From: Candidatus Latescibacterota bacterium
GTDB lineage: Bacteria > Latescibacterota > UBA2968 > UBA8231
DNA length: 64,000 nt
NCBI GenBank assembly: GCA_965248265.1
Contig: CBDFJF010000001.1
Location: forward strand, 480,001 to 544,000
Reading direction: 5' to 3'
Below, in pieces: positions 38,879-49,386 of the stretch (position 1 is the first letter of the stretch; each line of letters opens with the position of its first letter). The translations under genes and the position numbers were made by a program. The notes beneath the pieces were generated by a model, which saw only the letters and a program-made list of their open reading frames with translations, was not told the DNA's origin and did not search any database.

Positions 38879-40312
38879 TCACACACCGATCTGGGCGCGC
38901 AACAACTCTTGAACCAGCTGAGGGTTGGCCTTGCCGCCGGTCGCCTTCATCACCTGCCCCATCAGGAATCCGATCGGTTTCTGGTTGCCCCCCCTGACCT
39001 TCTCGACCGCATCGCCGTTGTCGGCGATAACCTGGGTGACCGCGGATTCCAGTTCCGAGGTGTCAGAGATCTGCCTGAGGCCGCGCTCGTCGACGATGAC
39101 GGTGGGCGAGCCGCCACCTTCCCACATCAGCCCAAACACTTCCTTGGCGGCAGTTTGGTTGACCGTGCTGTCCTGCACGAGGCCGATCAACTCGGCCAGG
39201 TGATCCGGCTGTACCTTGACCTCGTCGATTACCATGGCGGTTTCATTCAGGCGCCGGAACACCTCACCGGTGATCCAGTTGTTGGCCAGCTTGGGGTCGG
39301 CCCCGGCTTGGAGAGTATCTTCATAATAGGCGGCCACGCCCTGGTCCTCGACCAGCAACCGGGCATCCTCTATATCGATTCCATACTGGTCCACGAAACG
39401 GGACGCCTTGTCATCGGGTAGTTCCGGCAGCCGTTGACGCGCGCCGTCGAGCCACTCTGGTGACAGTTGCAGATCGAGCAGATCCGGCTCGGGGAAGTAG
39501 CGGTAGTCATCGGCAAATTCCTTGCTGCGCTGCTCCCGTGTAGCTCCCGCGCCTTCATCCCAGCCCATCGTCACTTGCCGAATCGACTCACCCGCTGACA
39601 GCGCCTCGATCTGACGCTCGACCTCGTACTGAATGGCGTTCCTCACCGAGCGAAACGAGTTGAGATTCTTCACTTCTACTTTTGTTCCGTACTCGCTGGA
39701 GCCTTGGGTGCGCACGGAGACATTGGCCTCGCAGCGCATGGCCCCTTTTTCCATGTCGCCGGTGGAGGCACCAAGATACCGGACGAGTTGGCGGATTTTC
39801 TGCAGGTAGCAGAAGGCCTCTTCCGCGGATCGCAGGGAAGAGTCGGAGACGATCTCCATCAACGGCACGCTGGCGCGATTGTAGTCGACGAGACTGCAGT
39901 CCCCATCGTGAACGAGCTTGCCGGCGTCCTCTTCGAGGTGAACCCGCACGATGCCGACTCGCTTGTTCTGCTCCTCTCCACTGTCGATATGGGTGTAGCC
40001 GTCAACACACAATGGCTCTTCGTACTGTGAGATCTGGTATCCCTTCGGAAGATCCGGGTAGACGTAGTTCTTGCGCGCGAAGACGCTGTGGGGGCGGATG
40101 TCGCAGTTGAGGGCCATGCCGGTCATGACGGTCAGTTTGACCGCTTCCTCGTTGATAACGGGTAGGGCGCCAGGTTGGCCCGTACACACCGGACATACAT
40201 GTTCGTTGGCAGCGATCTGGAAATGATCGGCCGCGCAACGGCAGAACATCTTGGACGCCGTCTGCAGCTCGACGTGTACTTCCATGCCGACCACGGTTTC
40301 GTACCCCCCCAT
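38879..40312 (-). CDS. gatB: Asp/Glu-tRNA amidotransferase subunit B
   Basis: [42 protein letters not shown] and YRYFPEPDL motifs. Confidence 0.96.
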   Translation of the reverse strand: MGGYETVVGMEVHVELQTASKMFCRCAADHFQIAANEHVCPVCTGQPGALPVINEEAVKLTVMTGMALNCDIRPHSVFARKNYVYPDLPKGYQISQYEEPLCVDGYTHIDSGEEQNKRVGIVRVHLEEDAGKLVHDGDCSLVDYNRASVPLMEIVSDSSLRSAEEAFCYLQKIRQLVRYLGASTGDMEKGAMRCEANVSVRTQGSSEYGTKVEVKNLNSFRSVRNAIQYEVERQIEALSAGESIRQVTMGWDEGAGATREQRSKEFADDYRYFPEPDLLDLQLSPEWLDGARQRLPELPDDKASRFVDQYGIDIEDARLLVEDQGVAAYYEDTLQAGADPKLANNWITGEVFRRLNETAMVIDEVKVQPDHLAELIGLVQDSTVNQTAAKEVFGLMWEGGGSPTVIVDERGLRQISDTSELESAVTQVIADNGDAVEKVRGGNQKPIGFLMGQVMKATGGKANPQLVQELLRAQIGV

Positions 40313-40323
40313 TGTGCTGGTGC

Positions 40324-40695
40324 TCACGACTTTTCGATCAGCTCGATCTTGACGTTGTCGGGGCCATCGATGAACACCATGCGATTCGGGGCCGTGTTCT
40401 TCGGACCGAACCATACCGAGACCCCGAGCTCCTCGATCTTCGCCATCGTGGCGTCGAAGTCATCGGTGGCCAGGCAGAAGTGATCCAATCCCTTGTAGCG
40501 GAACAGCTCTATGTCAGAGGCTTCGCGTCCTGTTACGGTGATCTGGACGTCGCCGATATGGACGAACTGCCATGGCGCGCCGTCCTTGACGAAGGGCTCA
40601 TCCGAGGTGGCATCGAACACGGACTCGTAAAATTTGACAGCGGCTGATACGTCGGCCGCCTCATGGTGGATGTGATGCAGGCTGTAGCTGGGCAT
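40324..40695 (-). CDS. VOC/glyoxalase family protein
   Basis: LHHIH, GLDHFCL and [14 protein letters not shown] motifs. Confidence 0.88.
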   Translation of the reverse strand: MPSYSLHHIHHEAADVSAAVKFYESVFDATSDEPFVKDGAPWQFVHIGDVQITVTGREASDIELFRYKGLDHFCLATDDFDATMAKIEELGVSVWFGPKNTAPNRMVFIDGPDNVKIELIEKS

Positions 40696-40848
40696 GTATG
40701 CACTCCTGAAAGTTGGAATCCTGACGATATTAGGAATGTAAGGGATGTGGTGAAATCCGGTGCCGCAGTCAATTCAGGTCGGTACATTCTCCGAGTCCGT
40801 CGATTGATGTATCTTTATAGAAGCCGAGAACTGGAGCCATGGAAGCAG

Positions 40849-41436
40849 ATGGAAAAGAGCCCGGAACAGACTGTCATCGATCCCGAGTGGGTGAACCTCT
40901 TCGCCGAGACCAAGCCCGAGACCGGCAAGGAATCCCTGGTGCGGATTCTCGGGACGATTCCCATTCTCAGTCTGCTCCGTGCCTCCGAACTGAAGCTGCT
41001 GTCGCGCATCGTCCACGTCCGCACCTTCGATCAGGGTGAGACCGTGATTCAGCGGGGTGCCCGGCAATCCGGGTTCTACCTGGTCAGGGCCGGGTCAGTC
41101 AACATCGTCCGTCCCGGGGCTGATGGGCCCCGGATCGTCGATACCCTCCGTCCCCCGGCACTACTGGGGGAGTTTTCCCTGGTCGATGACGCACCACGCA
41201 GCACTTCCATCGTCGCTGCGGAACCCAGTGAGCTCATCGGTTTTTTCAAGCCAGACCTGATGGATGTGCTGGTAACCAAGCCGGGCATGGGGTGCGCGAT
41301 CCTGCTGCGACTGGCCGAGGAAATGAGCCGCAACCTGAACCAAGACTACCAGAAACTGTTCGACCTGGGGTACCCTTTCCTCGAATCCGAGGATGCCTCA
41401 GCGGAACTCGACCCGACCACGAGCGAGGTTCAGTAG
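40849..41436 (+). CDS. Stand-alone cyclic-nucleotide-binding domain protein
   Basis: IPILSLL, GETVIQRG, FYLVRAGSV and GEFSL...PRSTS motifs; start inferred. Confidence 0.85.
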   Translation: MEKSPEQTVIDPEWVNLFAETKPETGKESLVRILGTIPILSLLRASELKLLSRIVHVRTFDQGETVIQRGARQSGFYLVRAGSVNIVRPGADGPRIVDTLRPPALLGEFSLVDDAPRSTSIVAAEPSELIGFFKPDLMDVLVTKPGMGCAILLRLAEEMSRNLNQDYQKLFDLGYPFLESEDASAELDPTTSEVQ

Positions 41437-41440
41437 GATC

Positions 41441-41854
41441 ATGAAGCCGGCCAAGAAGAAGAAGGGGAAGGCGAAAAAGAAGCCGCCGAATTCGCTCCTG
41501 ACGCGCCTGCTCAAGGGCAAAGACAAAAAGAAGGACAAGGGAGACAAGGCGGCCTCCGCGGCGGGAGCGCGGTCCGCTGCCAAGGACAAACCGCCGACCC
41601 CGCTGGACCGTTCCATCAGGGAGATCAAGCAATTGCTCGGAGTGGGACAGTCAGACCCCGAGCGTCTGGCTCTGCTGTTGAGCAACATTCTCGGCGCTGA
41701 GAGGGAGAAGCAGGAAAAGGATCAGCAGAACTTCGATCAGATGGTCTGGGACATCGTCAACCGCAAGGAGCAGAGCAACGGCGATGGAGACGGCGGAGCC
41801 AACGGCGCGGATGGTCCATCGGCGAACGGCAACGGCAGAGAAGGGTTGAACTAG
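41441..41854 (+). CDS. Hypothetical protein with a Lys-rich N-terminus
   Basis: ATG 4 nt after the upstream stop; host-like codon usage. Confidence 0.65.
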   Translation: MKPAKKKKGKAKKKPPNSLLTRLLKGKDKKKDKGDKAASAAGARSAAKDKPPTPLDRSIREIKQLLGVGQSDPERLALLLSNILGAEREKQEKDQQNFDQMVWDIVNRKEQSNGDGDGGANGADGPSANGNGREGLN

Positions 41855-41859
41855 TCACG

Positions 41860-42678
41860 TCACAGCAGTTCCAAGATCCCCCGCAGGTACTTGAGACTTC
41901 CGGCCGCAATCGTTCTGGGGTCGGGCTCAAAGTCGAACACCTCCACGGAGACATAGCGGTCGTAGGACATCTCCTTTAACCGCCGCAGTACGGACACGAA
42001 ATCCGTTTCTCCGAAGCCGGGACCGCGTTTGTTGGCGTCGTTGACGTGAACGTGGTAGAGATGAGGGCCGGCAATATCCAGCAGATCGGCCACCGGCACT
42101 TCCTCCGTTGAACCGCTGCACACATCCACCATCATCTGGAAGTTGGGGTGGTCGATCTGCTCGACCATCTTGCGTGCCTCCGTCGCCGTGGTGATGAAGT
42201 TCGTCTGTTCGCTGCTCAACGCCTCGATGCAGAGTGATACATCATTGCGTTCACACAGCGTCAAACAGTCCTCAAAAACTGCTCGCGTTCGATTCCACGT
42301 CTCGCCGTAGTCCCAATCATCCTGAACCGTTCGCTGCTGCGGCGAGCCGACGATCATGACACGGCCTCCGAGATCACCGCAGAATTCGACCAATGCCTTG
42401 AAGTAATCTCGCGTACAGTTGCGGATTTTGTCGTCGACATGGTTGGTGTACAGCCCCTTGGGGCTCACTAACAGCCAGTGAAGGCCGATGATGTCGACGC
42501 CGGCGGCAGCGGCGGCGTTGCGGATCTCTGCACGCCGTGAAGAGGATACCTCCTCAACTGAATCAGCCAGCGTAAAGGGGGCGATCTCGACTCCCTGGTA
42601 ACCCACCTGGGCGGCGTAGTCGAAGACCTCCTCGAGCGGCCAGTTCTCGAAGTACTCATTGCAGGTGCCGAATTTCAT
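41860..42678 (-). CDS. Sugar phosphate isomerase/epimerase (D-tagatose 3-epimerase-like TIM barrel)
   Basis: GYQGVEIAP, GLHWLL, IEAL, HVHVND...GPGFG and SVEVF motifs. Confidence 0.88.
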   Translation of the reverse strand: MKFGTCNEYFENWPLEEVFDYAAQVGYQGVEIAPFTLADSVEEVSSSRRAEIRNAAAAAGVDIIGLHWLLVSPKGLYTNHVDDKIRNCTRDYFKALVEFCGDLGGRVMIVGSPQQRTVQDDWDYGETWNRTRAVFEDCLTLCERNDVSLCIEALSSEQTNFITTATEARKMVEQIDHPNFQMMVDVCSGSTEEVPVADLLDIAGPHLYHVHVNDANKRGPGFGETDFVSVLRRLKEMSYDRYVSVEVFDFEPDPRTIAAGSLKYLRGILELL

Positions 42679-42902
42679 ACCGCAAAAGATAGAGTGTAGT
42701 GGGTGGGTGGGAAAGGAACCACATGCTACCTGGACGCTACACAGGAGCTTCCCTGATTCCATTCGCTTTCCCCCGGAGCCGTCCGGCGTTCGTAGGCACA
42801 GCGTTTGCCCAGCGTCCTGGACGACCACCCCGACAGGCGCTCAAGCCGATCGGGGAATCAGCCAGCGGGAGGGGATGCGCTTTGCGCAGCAACGGATGCA
42901 CA

Positions 42903-44588
42903 GTGGTGACCATCGCGTGCCTGGTCTTGGCTGGTGGTGGGGCGGAGGTCAGCCTTGGACAGCATAAAACGCTGGGACAGCAGAAGACGCTGGGTCAACA
43001 GGAGACGAGCTCGGACACGACGTTTCTCGAGAGTGCAGACGGAGCGCTGCTGGAGGCCATGCTGGCCGACACCGAGCAGGGCATCGGTGAGTTGGCGTTG
43101 CGCACCAGAGTTCGCCAGCCGTCGATCTCGGTAGACCAGCTATCCCTGTATCGCAGGGCTCGGTGGACACTTCCCTCCGGCCATCAGCTTCACGTCGTGG
43201 CTGAACGAGATGCTGGAGAGCCTGACTGGCATGACTTCGTGGCAATCTACGGTCGCTGGCAACTGTCTGAGGCGGTGCAAACGCATGTCGGCGACCTTCG
43301 TCCCGGCTTTGCCCAGGGGCTGGTGTTCAGTCGCGGCTCGCGACGGGGTGGCACGGTAACGCCGCTGATGCGGGGCGACAGTCACGCCATCGGGTACCGC
43401 GCTTCGGGAGAGAACCAGGCCCTGCGCGGGGTCAGCGTGCGGCTGCACCACCGTGGTGCCGTTTCTACCCTGATCGTCGGAAGCCTGCGGCGTGATGCCC
43501 GCTTGGATACTGCTGGAAGAGTGATCTCACTCCCCGAGAGTGGTCGCCATGTCAGCGAGGTGGAGCAGGTGGGGAAAAACCAACTCTCCGGCACGCTTCT
43601 TGGGTTACGGTTACACAAAAAAAATCGCAGGCTGCAACTGGGGGCAACATTGTACCGCCTTGTCGCCGACAGTAAAATCGACCTGCGGCGACCGGAGAGC
43701 CGCCCCGAGGGGTTCGAAGGTGACAGCCAACACCTGGCGGGCATCGATGTCTCAATCGGACACGGCAGGCGCGGGAGTGCGGTGGTGTTTGGGGAGGCTG
43801 CCGTGGATGGACGCCGGGAGTGGGGCCTGGTGGCAGGCGGCCGTGTCGCCCGCAACACTGTGAGGTTCAGTGGTCTGGCGCGTTATTACTCCTCCGGGTT
43901 TCACAGCTTCTTCGGTGGTTCCGCGAGCTCTGTCGGCATGAACAATGAACTGGGTCTGGCACTGGCCGTACGAGGCCGATGGGGTCGGCTGTTTCGGTGG
44001 CGGCTGTTTCACGATCGCTATGAACGTCCGCTGCTTCCCGCAGGGGCGAAGGGTGCAGCGACCTCGAGCGTCTGGGGAGGCGCCCTGCAATCGCAAATCG
44101 GCCGCCATTGGCGCCTCGACACGACCCTGCAGCAACGCCGGCGACTGCGATCAACCGGCTCACCACACGACTACAGTCTGGCCCTTCGTGTGGATGCCAT
44201 CCGGGATCCTATCGGGCAGGGGACGGCGATCCGCCTGCGCACTGAGTGGAAGCGTGTGCGCGTTCAGTCGGAGGGCCCACAAGCTGGGGTCAACGTCTCA
44301 ATGAGCTGCAAAAAACAGCAGGACAGGTGGCAATACGTAATCCACCTGAGCCGCTTCTTCACTCAGTCGTACGACGCGCGCATCTACGAGTACGAGCGTG
44401 ATCTTCCCGGATCGGTGAGCATTCGCCCGCTCTACGGAGACGGTTGGCGGGGGGTCGCCATGGTGCAGGGTGAGCTGGGGCGAGGTTTTTCCATGACACT
44501 GCGCTGCCGCCACCAGCGCGCCGGTGGAGAACGCCGCCGCCGAGACACCCTGACAGGATTGCAGATCGACTACGAAGGTCCCGGTTAA
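42903..44588 (+). CDS. Probable outer-membrane beta-barrel protein related to the C-terminal part of FCB-group helix-hairpin-helix proteins
   Basis: ERDAGE, GDLRPGFAQGLV, ESGRH, NELG and YDARIYEYE motifs with alternating aromatic strands; start uncertain (ORF open from 42699). Confidence 0.6.
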   Translation: MVTIACLVLAGGGAEVSLGQHKTLGQQKTLGQQETSSDTTFLESADGALLEAMLADTEQGIGELALRTRVRQPSISVDQLSLYRRARWTLPSGHQLHVVAERDAGEPDWHDFVAIYGRWQLSEAVQTHVGDLRPGFAQGLVFSRGSRRGGTVTPLMRGDSHAIGYRASGENQALRGVSVRLHHRGAVSTLIVGSLRRDARLDTAGRVISLPESGRHVSEVEQVGKNQLSGTLLGLRLHKKNRRLQLGATLYRLVADSKIDLRRPESRPEGFEGDSQHLAGIDVSIGHGRRGSAVVFGEAAVDGRREWGLVAGGRVARNTVRFSGLARYYSSGFHSFFGGSASSVGMNNELGLALAVRGRWGRLFRWRLFHDRYERPLLPAGAKGAATSSVWGGALQSQIGRHWRLDTTLQQRRRLRSTGSPHDYSLALRVDAIRDPIGQGTAIRLRTEWKRVRVQSEGPQAGVNVSMSCKKQQDRWQYVIHLSRFFTQSYDARIYEYERDLPGSVSIRPLYGDGWRGVAMVQGELGRGFSMTLRCRHQRAGGERRRRDTLTGLQIDYEGPG

Positions 44589-44605
44589 CCCCTCCTCACA
44601 GATCA

Positions 44606-44634
44606 TTGACACCTCGCAAGTGCCTGAATACCTT
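44606..44634 (+). promoter_or_regulatory. sigma70-type promoter of the HD-GYP gene
   Basis: TTGACA (44606-44611), 17-bp spacer, TACCTT (44629-44634). Confidence 0.65.
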
Positions 44635-44663
44635 GGACATGAACGCTGTGCGAGGGGACGCAA

Positions 44664-46247
44664 ATGCCAACGAATGCGACACGACGTGGAGATCTCGAAG
44701 AGTGTCTCCGACGACTCAACGAGATTGGCTCCGCGCTCTCAGTAGAGCGCGATTTGCGAACCTTGCTCGAGCGTATTCTGCTCGAAGCACGGCGCTTCAC
44801 CGGGGCTGATGCCGGAACCCTCTTCCTGGCCGCAGAAGATCATCTCACCTTCGAAATCACCCAGAACGACACGCTTGGCGAGTTTACCGGCAGCCGCGAG
44901 GCCCCCAAGATACCGCCGGTACCCCTGAACAAGGAAAGCGCCTCCGGCTACGCCGCGGTCACCGGCAAAAGCCTCAACATCGAAGACGTCTACGACGAGA
45001 CCTGCGAGTACCAGTTCGAAGGGCCCAAACTCTACGACCGCCTGACCGGGTATCGGACGAATTCGATGCTGGTCATACCGATGCAGGATCACGAAGACCA
45101 GGTCATCGGTGTCCTGCAGTTGCTCAATGCCCGCGACGACGATGGCTCTTTCGTCGCGTTCTCGGATCAGGACGAAGGGCTCATTCAATCGCTGGCATCA
45201 CAGGCAGCCGTGGCCGTCAACAACGTGCGCCTGATCCAGGAAACCGAGCAATTGTTCGAGTCGCTCATCCAGGTAATGGCGACCGCCATCGACGAACGCT
45301 CCCCGTATACAGGCGGACATATCCGCCGCGTTGCCGAGATGACGATGGAGCTTGCCAGGGCCGTCAACGCCTGCGACAGCGGCCCCCTGGCTGAGGCTCA
45401 CTTCGATGAAGAGCAGCTGGACGAGATCCGCATCGCCAGCTGGATGCACGACATCGGCAAGGTCACGACACCGGAATGGGTCGTCGACAAACCCACCAAG
45501 CTGACGACGATCTTCGACCGCATCGAGCTTTTGCGTACCCGCTTCGACGTCATGGCTAAGACCGCTGAGGCCGACATGTTGAAGCAGAAGGTAGCCTGCC
45601 TGGAGCGGGGTGAGCTGTTTCCGCTGGACCTTGAAGAGGCTTGTACGGCGAGACTTCAGCAGTTGCGGGAAGATTTCGAGTTTCTCGCCAGGGCGAATCA
45701 ACCGGGCGAGTTCATGGATGATGATGATCTCGAGCGGCTCAACCAGATCCGCACCAGGAACTATTCGATGGATGGTAACGTGGGGGTGGCATCTCTCACG
45801 GATGACGAATTCGGGAACCTTAGTATCCGCAAGGGTAGTCTTACTGACGGGGAGCGTCAGAAGATCAACGACCACGCGGCGATGAGTATCAAAATGCTCG
45901 GGCAGATTCCGTTCACCCGCCACCTTCGTCAGGTGCCCGATATCGCCGGGGCCCACCACGAAAAGCTCAACGGCTCCGGTTATCCTCTGGGTTTGAAGGG
46001 CAGCGAAATCAGTCTGCAGGCACGTATCCTGGCCCTAGTGGACATCTTCGAGTCCCTCAGTGCCGACGATCGGCCGTATCGCGCCAGGCCGATGCCGAGA
46101 GATCTGGTTTTGCGAATCCTGGAAGAGGAAGTGGACGCCGGACACCTCGACCGTGATGTCTTCGACCTATTCATGCGAGACGAGTTGTATGTCAAACTCG
46201 ACGAGATCAAAGCCCAGATGGCGCAGAAACCTCAAGCGCAGTCTTGA
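44664..46247 (+). CDS. GAF + HD-GYP cyclic-dinucleotide phosphodiesterase
   Basis: GAF domain (ADAGTL...GYRTNSML...GVLQLLN), YTGGH, MHDIGK, HHEKLNGSGYP and DRPYR motifs. Confidence 0.93.
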   Translation: MPTNATRRGDLEECLRRLNEIGSALSVERDLRTLLERILLEARRFTGADAGTLFLAAEDHLTFEITQNDTLGEFTGSREAPKIPPVPLNKESASGYAAVTGKSLNIEDVYDETCEYQFEGPKLYDRLTGYRTNSMLVIPMQDHEDQVIGVLQLLNARDDDGSFVAFSDQDEGLIQSLASQAAVAVNNVRLIQETEQLFESLIQVMATAIDERSPYTGGHIRRVAEMTMELARAVNACDSGPLAEAHFDEEQLDEIRIASWMHDIGKVTTPEWVVDKPTKLTTIFDRIELLRTRFDVMAKTAEADMLKQKVACLERGELFPLDLEEACTARLQQLREDFEFLARANQPGEFMDDDDLERLNQIRTRNYSMDGNVGVASLTDDEFGNLSIRKGSLTDGERQKINDHAAMSIKMLGQIPFTRHLRQVPDIAGAHHEKLNGSGYPLGLKGSEISLQARILALVDIFESLSADDRPYRARPMPRDLVLRILEEEVDAGHLDRDVFDLFMRDELYVKLDEIKAQMAQKPQAQS

Positions 46248-48988
46248 CCCGCGGCCTCCTGAGGCAGCGTTGCGGTGTTTTTATTACGCTGCTGGCGGCG
46301 ACCTTCTGTTCAGATCCTCTTGCCGTCGACTCGCAGAGCACCTTGACGGCGCGCGGGCGCATGTTCGCGCTGGTCGTTTTTGCTCAATTCGCTGACGAGG
46401 GCAGTGGTCAGGATGCGCCGCCGTCATTCGCTGGCGATCTGTTCGATCCAGACCTTCCAGGCAGCCTTACCCATTTCTTCGACGAGATGTCGCACGGGCA
46501 GTTTCAACTCGATGGCCGGGTTCTGCCCAGATGGTATCGTTCCAACAGCACCGCGGCTTCCTATCTGGCAAGCGAAGTAGGCGTCCGTGGTGAATTCGGC
46601 CGTTTCGTGCGCGAAATTCTGGCGGCTGCCGATGCCGATGCCGATCTGACCGAGTTCGACAACGACGGTCCCGATGGCGTACCCGATTCCGGAGATGACG
46701 ACGGCTTCGTGGATTTCGTCTTCGTCATCACGCGCTCGACTCCACCCGGATTCATCATCAACCAGGCGACGGGCATGGCGCGTCTGGGTCTCGAATCGGC
46801 CTTCCTCACGAATGACCGGACGATCGATGGGCGAACCCTGCGCATTCGAGCCGACTTCAGTACACCGGTTGGCGGTGTTCTGCAGCGCGGGAAGAATTTC
46901 GCCGAGGCCGTAGGCAGCATGGCGCATGAGTTCGGCCATGTCCTCGGCCTGCCGGATCTGTATGACACCGATTTCAATTCATCGGGGAACAACATGGACC
47001 CGGCAGAGGACTCGGCCGGCATCGGTTACTGGGGCCTGATGGGACACGGCACCCGCGGTTGGGATGATGCCGGGGGGCCGAATCCCTTGAGTGCCTGGAG
47101 TCTGGCGCAGCTGGGGTGGATTGGACCGGCCAACGAGCATCTCGTCATCCTGGAGCAGGATGCCGCCGACCTGGCATTCGAAGACGCGGAGGGAAACAGC
47201 CTTGTCTACAAACTGCCAGGCCCTTCAACGGCTGATGGCCCATCCCCTGTTTACTATCTGGTAGAACACCGTCGGAACGGCTCCAGCTATTATGAGCGCG
47301 ATCTCCCGGGTTCAGGTCTGTTGATCTGGCGTGTCGATGAAGAGTCATCAAACGGTAGGAACAGGGTCGAGCAAGCCAAACTCGTCGACCTGGTGTGTGC
47401 CGACGGCTTGTTCGACGATGCCGGAGCGCCAATCGGACAGAGACCGAACCCCGACGCCGGCAAGGACAATTTAGATTTCTGGGCACACGATCAGGCGTAC
47501 ACCGCCGAGCATGCCGGCAATCTGGGTGACGAAGGAGATTTCTTCGATGGCGAGGAAGGTGCCGATGAATTCTCGGTGGTCTCGAACCCTGCGGCTCCGT
47601 CCGGCCGGGGCCTCGTGATCGAGGCGATCCGACGACAGGGGAATGGAATGCGTGCAGATGTCCGATTTGATGATCGCAGGCGGGCAGGCCGTATTGACGA
47701 AAACCAGGTATGGCGGGACACCATCGAAGTCGCCGGCGACCTCAGCATTGGCCCAGGTACAACATTGACCGTGGAGCCCGGGACGGTGGTGCTGATGGGT
47801 CCCGACCAAAGAGCGTCGGGTCTGGATGCAACGCTGACGGAACTGGTCGTTTTCGGTACGCTGTTCGTTGCCGGTGGCCAGGACGGCGCGCTCTTTACCT
47901 CGGCGGCTGCGGTTCCGAGTCCAGGCGATTGGTATGGCATCCGGGCCTCGTTCGGCAGTCTGCGACTCAACCGAGTGGCCTTTGAGTACGCCTCTACCGC
48001 ATTGAGCGGGGACCTGGGAGTCTCAGGCAAACTCGATCGCCTGGACCTGGTGACCGTTCGGGAAACAAGCAGTGATGGCATTGATCTGCGGGTGCGCGGC
48101 CAGGTAGAGCTGGACAGGGTGGTCGTCGTGAACGCTGGTGGTACTGGCATGCGTTTCACCGGCGATGGGCAGGTCATCATGGAGGAGTGCGAGGTGTCTG
48201 GAGCCGCCGACCATGGGCTGGCCAGTGAGGCCCGCTCGTTTGCGTGTACGAACTGCCGGTTTTTATCCAATGGTGTGTCGAACATGGAAGCTGCCAATCT
48301 CTTGTTCGACAGAAGAGCCAAGGTCACGATCACCGAGGGCACTTTCACGGGCGGGATAGGCATTCGTCTGGAGCGGGCCGGTGAGGTTCTAATCAAGGGT
48401 ACTCAATTCAACGATCATCGAACGGCAGTCATTTCGCGTGACACCCAGCTGGAGTTCGAGCGAAACTGGATCAACAACTGTGATCTTGCTTTTGAAACCA
48501 CCGGAGTCGGTGCCCGGGTCCTCATTACGCTCAATTCGATAGAGGGAACCCCTCGACTGATTGAGAACACGAATAGCTTCATCGTTGCAGCAGGGCAGAA
48601 CTGGTGGGGGCGGGATGATGAGTCCTGGATCGAAGAGCGCATGATCGGCCTGGTAGAGTGGCGGCCGGTGCTCAACTTCGATCCCCGACTTCCAGTCGAT
48701 TTCGCACTGAATCAGAATTTCCCGAATCCGTTCAACGCCAGCACGGTCATCGACTACTCCGTGGGTATTCGACACGCGTCTGCGAGCGCTGACATGACCC
48801 TGGAGATTCGCGATGCGGTAGGGGGTCTGGTTCGTCGCCTCGTTGACGGCCCTGCGGTACCGGGAATCTATTCGGTAACCTGGAATGGCATTGACAGTGA
48901 AGGCGAAGCCGCCGCCAGCGGCACCTACTTCTATCTATTGGAAGTGGGGCCCGCGAGATTAAGCCGCAAGCTGATGGTCATTCGTTAG
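46244..48988 (+). CDS. Secreted M6-family (immune inhibitor A-like) metalloprotease with a beta-helix region and a C-terminal FlgD-Ig domain
   Basis: FDNDGPDG..DSGDDDG.VD, HEFGHVLGLPDLYD, WGLMG and QNFPNPFN...WNG...SGTYFY motifs. Confidence 0.88.
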   Translation: MTRGLLRQRCGVFITLLAATFCSDPLAVDSQSTLTARGRMFALVVFAQFADEGSGQDAPPSFAGDLFDPDLPGSLTHFFDEMSHGQFQLDGRVLPRWYRSNSTAASYLASEVGVRGEFGRFVREILAAADADADLTEFDNDGPDGVPDSGDDDGFVDFVFVITRSTPPGFIINQATGMARLGLESAFLTNDRTIDGRTLRIRADFSTPVGGVLQRGKNFAEAVGSMAHEFGHVLGLPDLYDTDFNSSGNNMDPAEDSAGIGYWGLMGHGTRGWDDAGGPNPLSAWSLAQLGWIGPANEHLVILEQDAADLAFEDAEGNSLVYKLPGPSTADGPSPVYYLVEHRRNGSSYYERDLPGSGLLIWRVDEESSNGRNRVEQAKLVDLVCADGLFDDAGAPIGQRPNPDAGKDNLDFWAHDQAYTAEHAGNLGDEGDFFDGEEGADEFSVVSNPAAPSGRGLVIEAIRRQGNGMRADVRFDDRRRAGRIDENQVWRDTIEVAGDLSIGPGTTLTVEPGTVVLMGPDQRASGLDATLTELVVFGTLFVAGGQDGALFTSAAAVPSPGDWYGIRASFGSLRLNRVAFEYASTALSGDLGVSGKLDRLDLVTVRETSSDGIDLRVRGQVELDRVVVVNAGGTGMRFTGDGQVIMEECEVSGAADHGLASEARSFACTNCRFLSNGVSNMEAANLLFDRRAKVTITEGTFTGGIGIRLERAGEVLIKGTQFNDHRTAVISRDTQLEFERNWINNCDLAFETTGVGARVLITLNSIEGTPRLIENTNSFIVAAGQNWWGRDDESWIEERMIGLVEWRPVLNFDPRLPVDFALNQNFPNPFNASTVIDYSVGIRHASASADMTLEIRDAVGGLVRRLVDGPAVPGIYSVTWNGIDSEGEAAASGTYFYLLEVGPARLSRKLMVIR

Positions 48989-49212
48989 CTTTGAGGTAGG
49001 CAATATTTGCCGCCGCTGGATACGATCAAGACAGCATCAGTCGGCGCCTCTGCCCGGGATATTTTACACGCCAGATGGTGGTATCCGAGTCTTCCTTGTA
49101 CTACATATGGCGGCTTTCGGGCGACAGATCGTGCGTGGGGTGGAACCTGATATGCTGATCCGGAAATGCTAGGGAGGGGCCCACGCGGGGGGCATTAACT
49201 TGCTTATTTTCT

Positions 49213-49239
49213 TAAAGATATGTGGTTTCTTACCGATCA
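49213..49239 (+). promoter_or_regulatory. Candidate sigma28 (FliA/SigD-type) promoter
   Basis: TAAA (49213-49216), 15-bp spacer, ACCGATCA (49232-49239), against consensus TAAA-N15-GCCGATAA. Confidence 0.5.
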
Positions 49240-49386
49240 ACTGAGCGTCGGGAAAGATGCGGATGGCCCGGGCTTTGCTGATTGCAGAGTGGGAAGTCCT
49301 TGGGGGACGCGCACGCCGGCTCAGGCGATTGGCGGCTCCCACGGCAACAACAGGGTACCGCACAGAACCAGATAAAGAGAGACGTC

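Noticed and set aside
38879-40312. gatB without gatA/gatC as a novelty
   Set aside because: Dispersed gat genes are common in many phyla.
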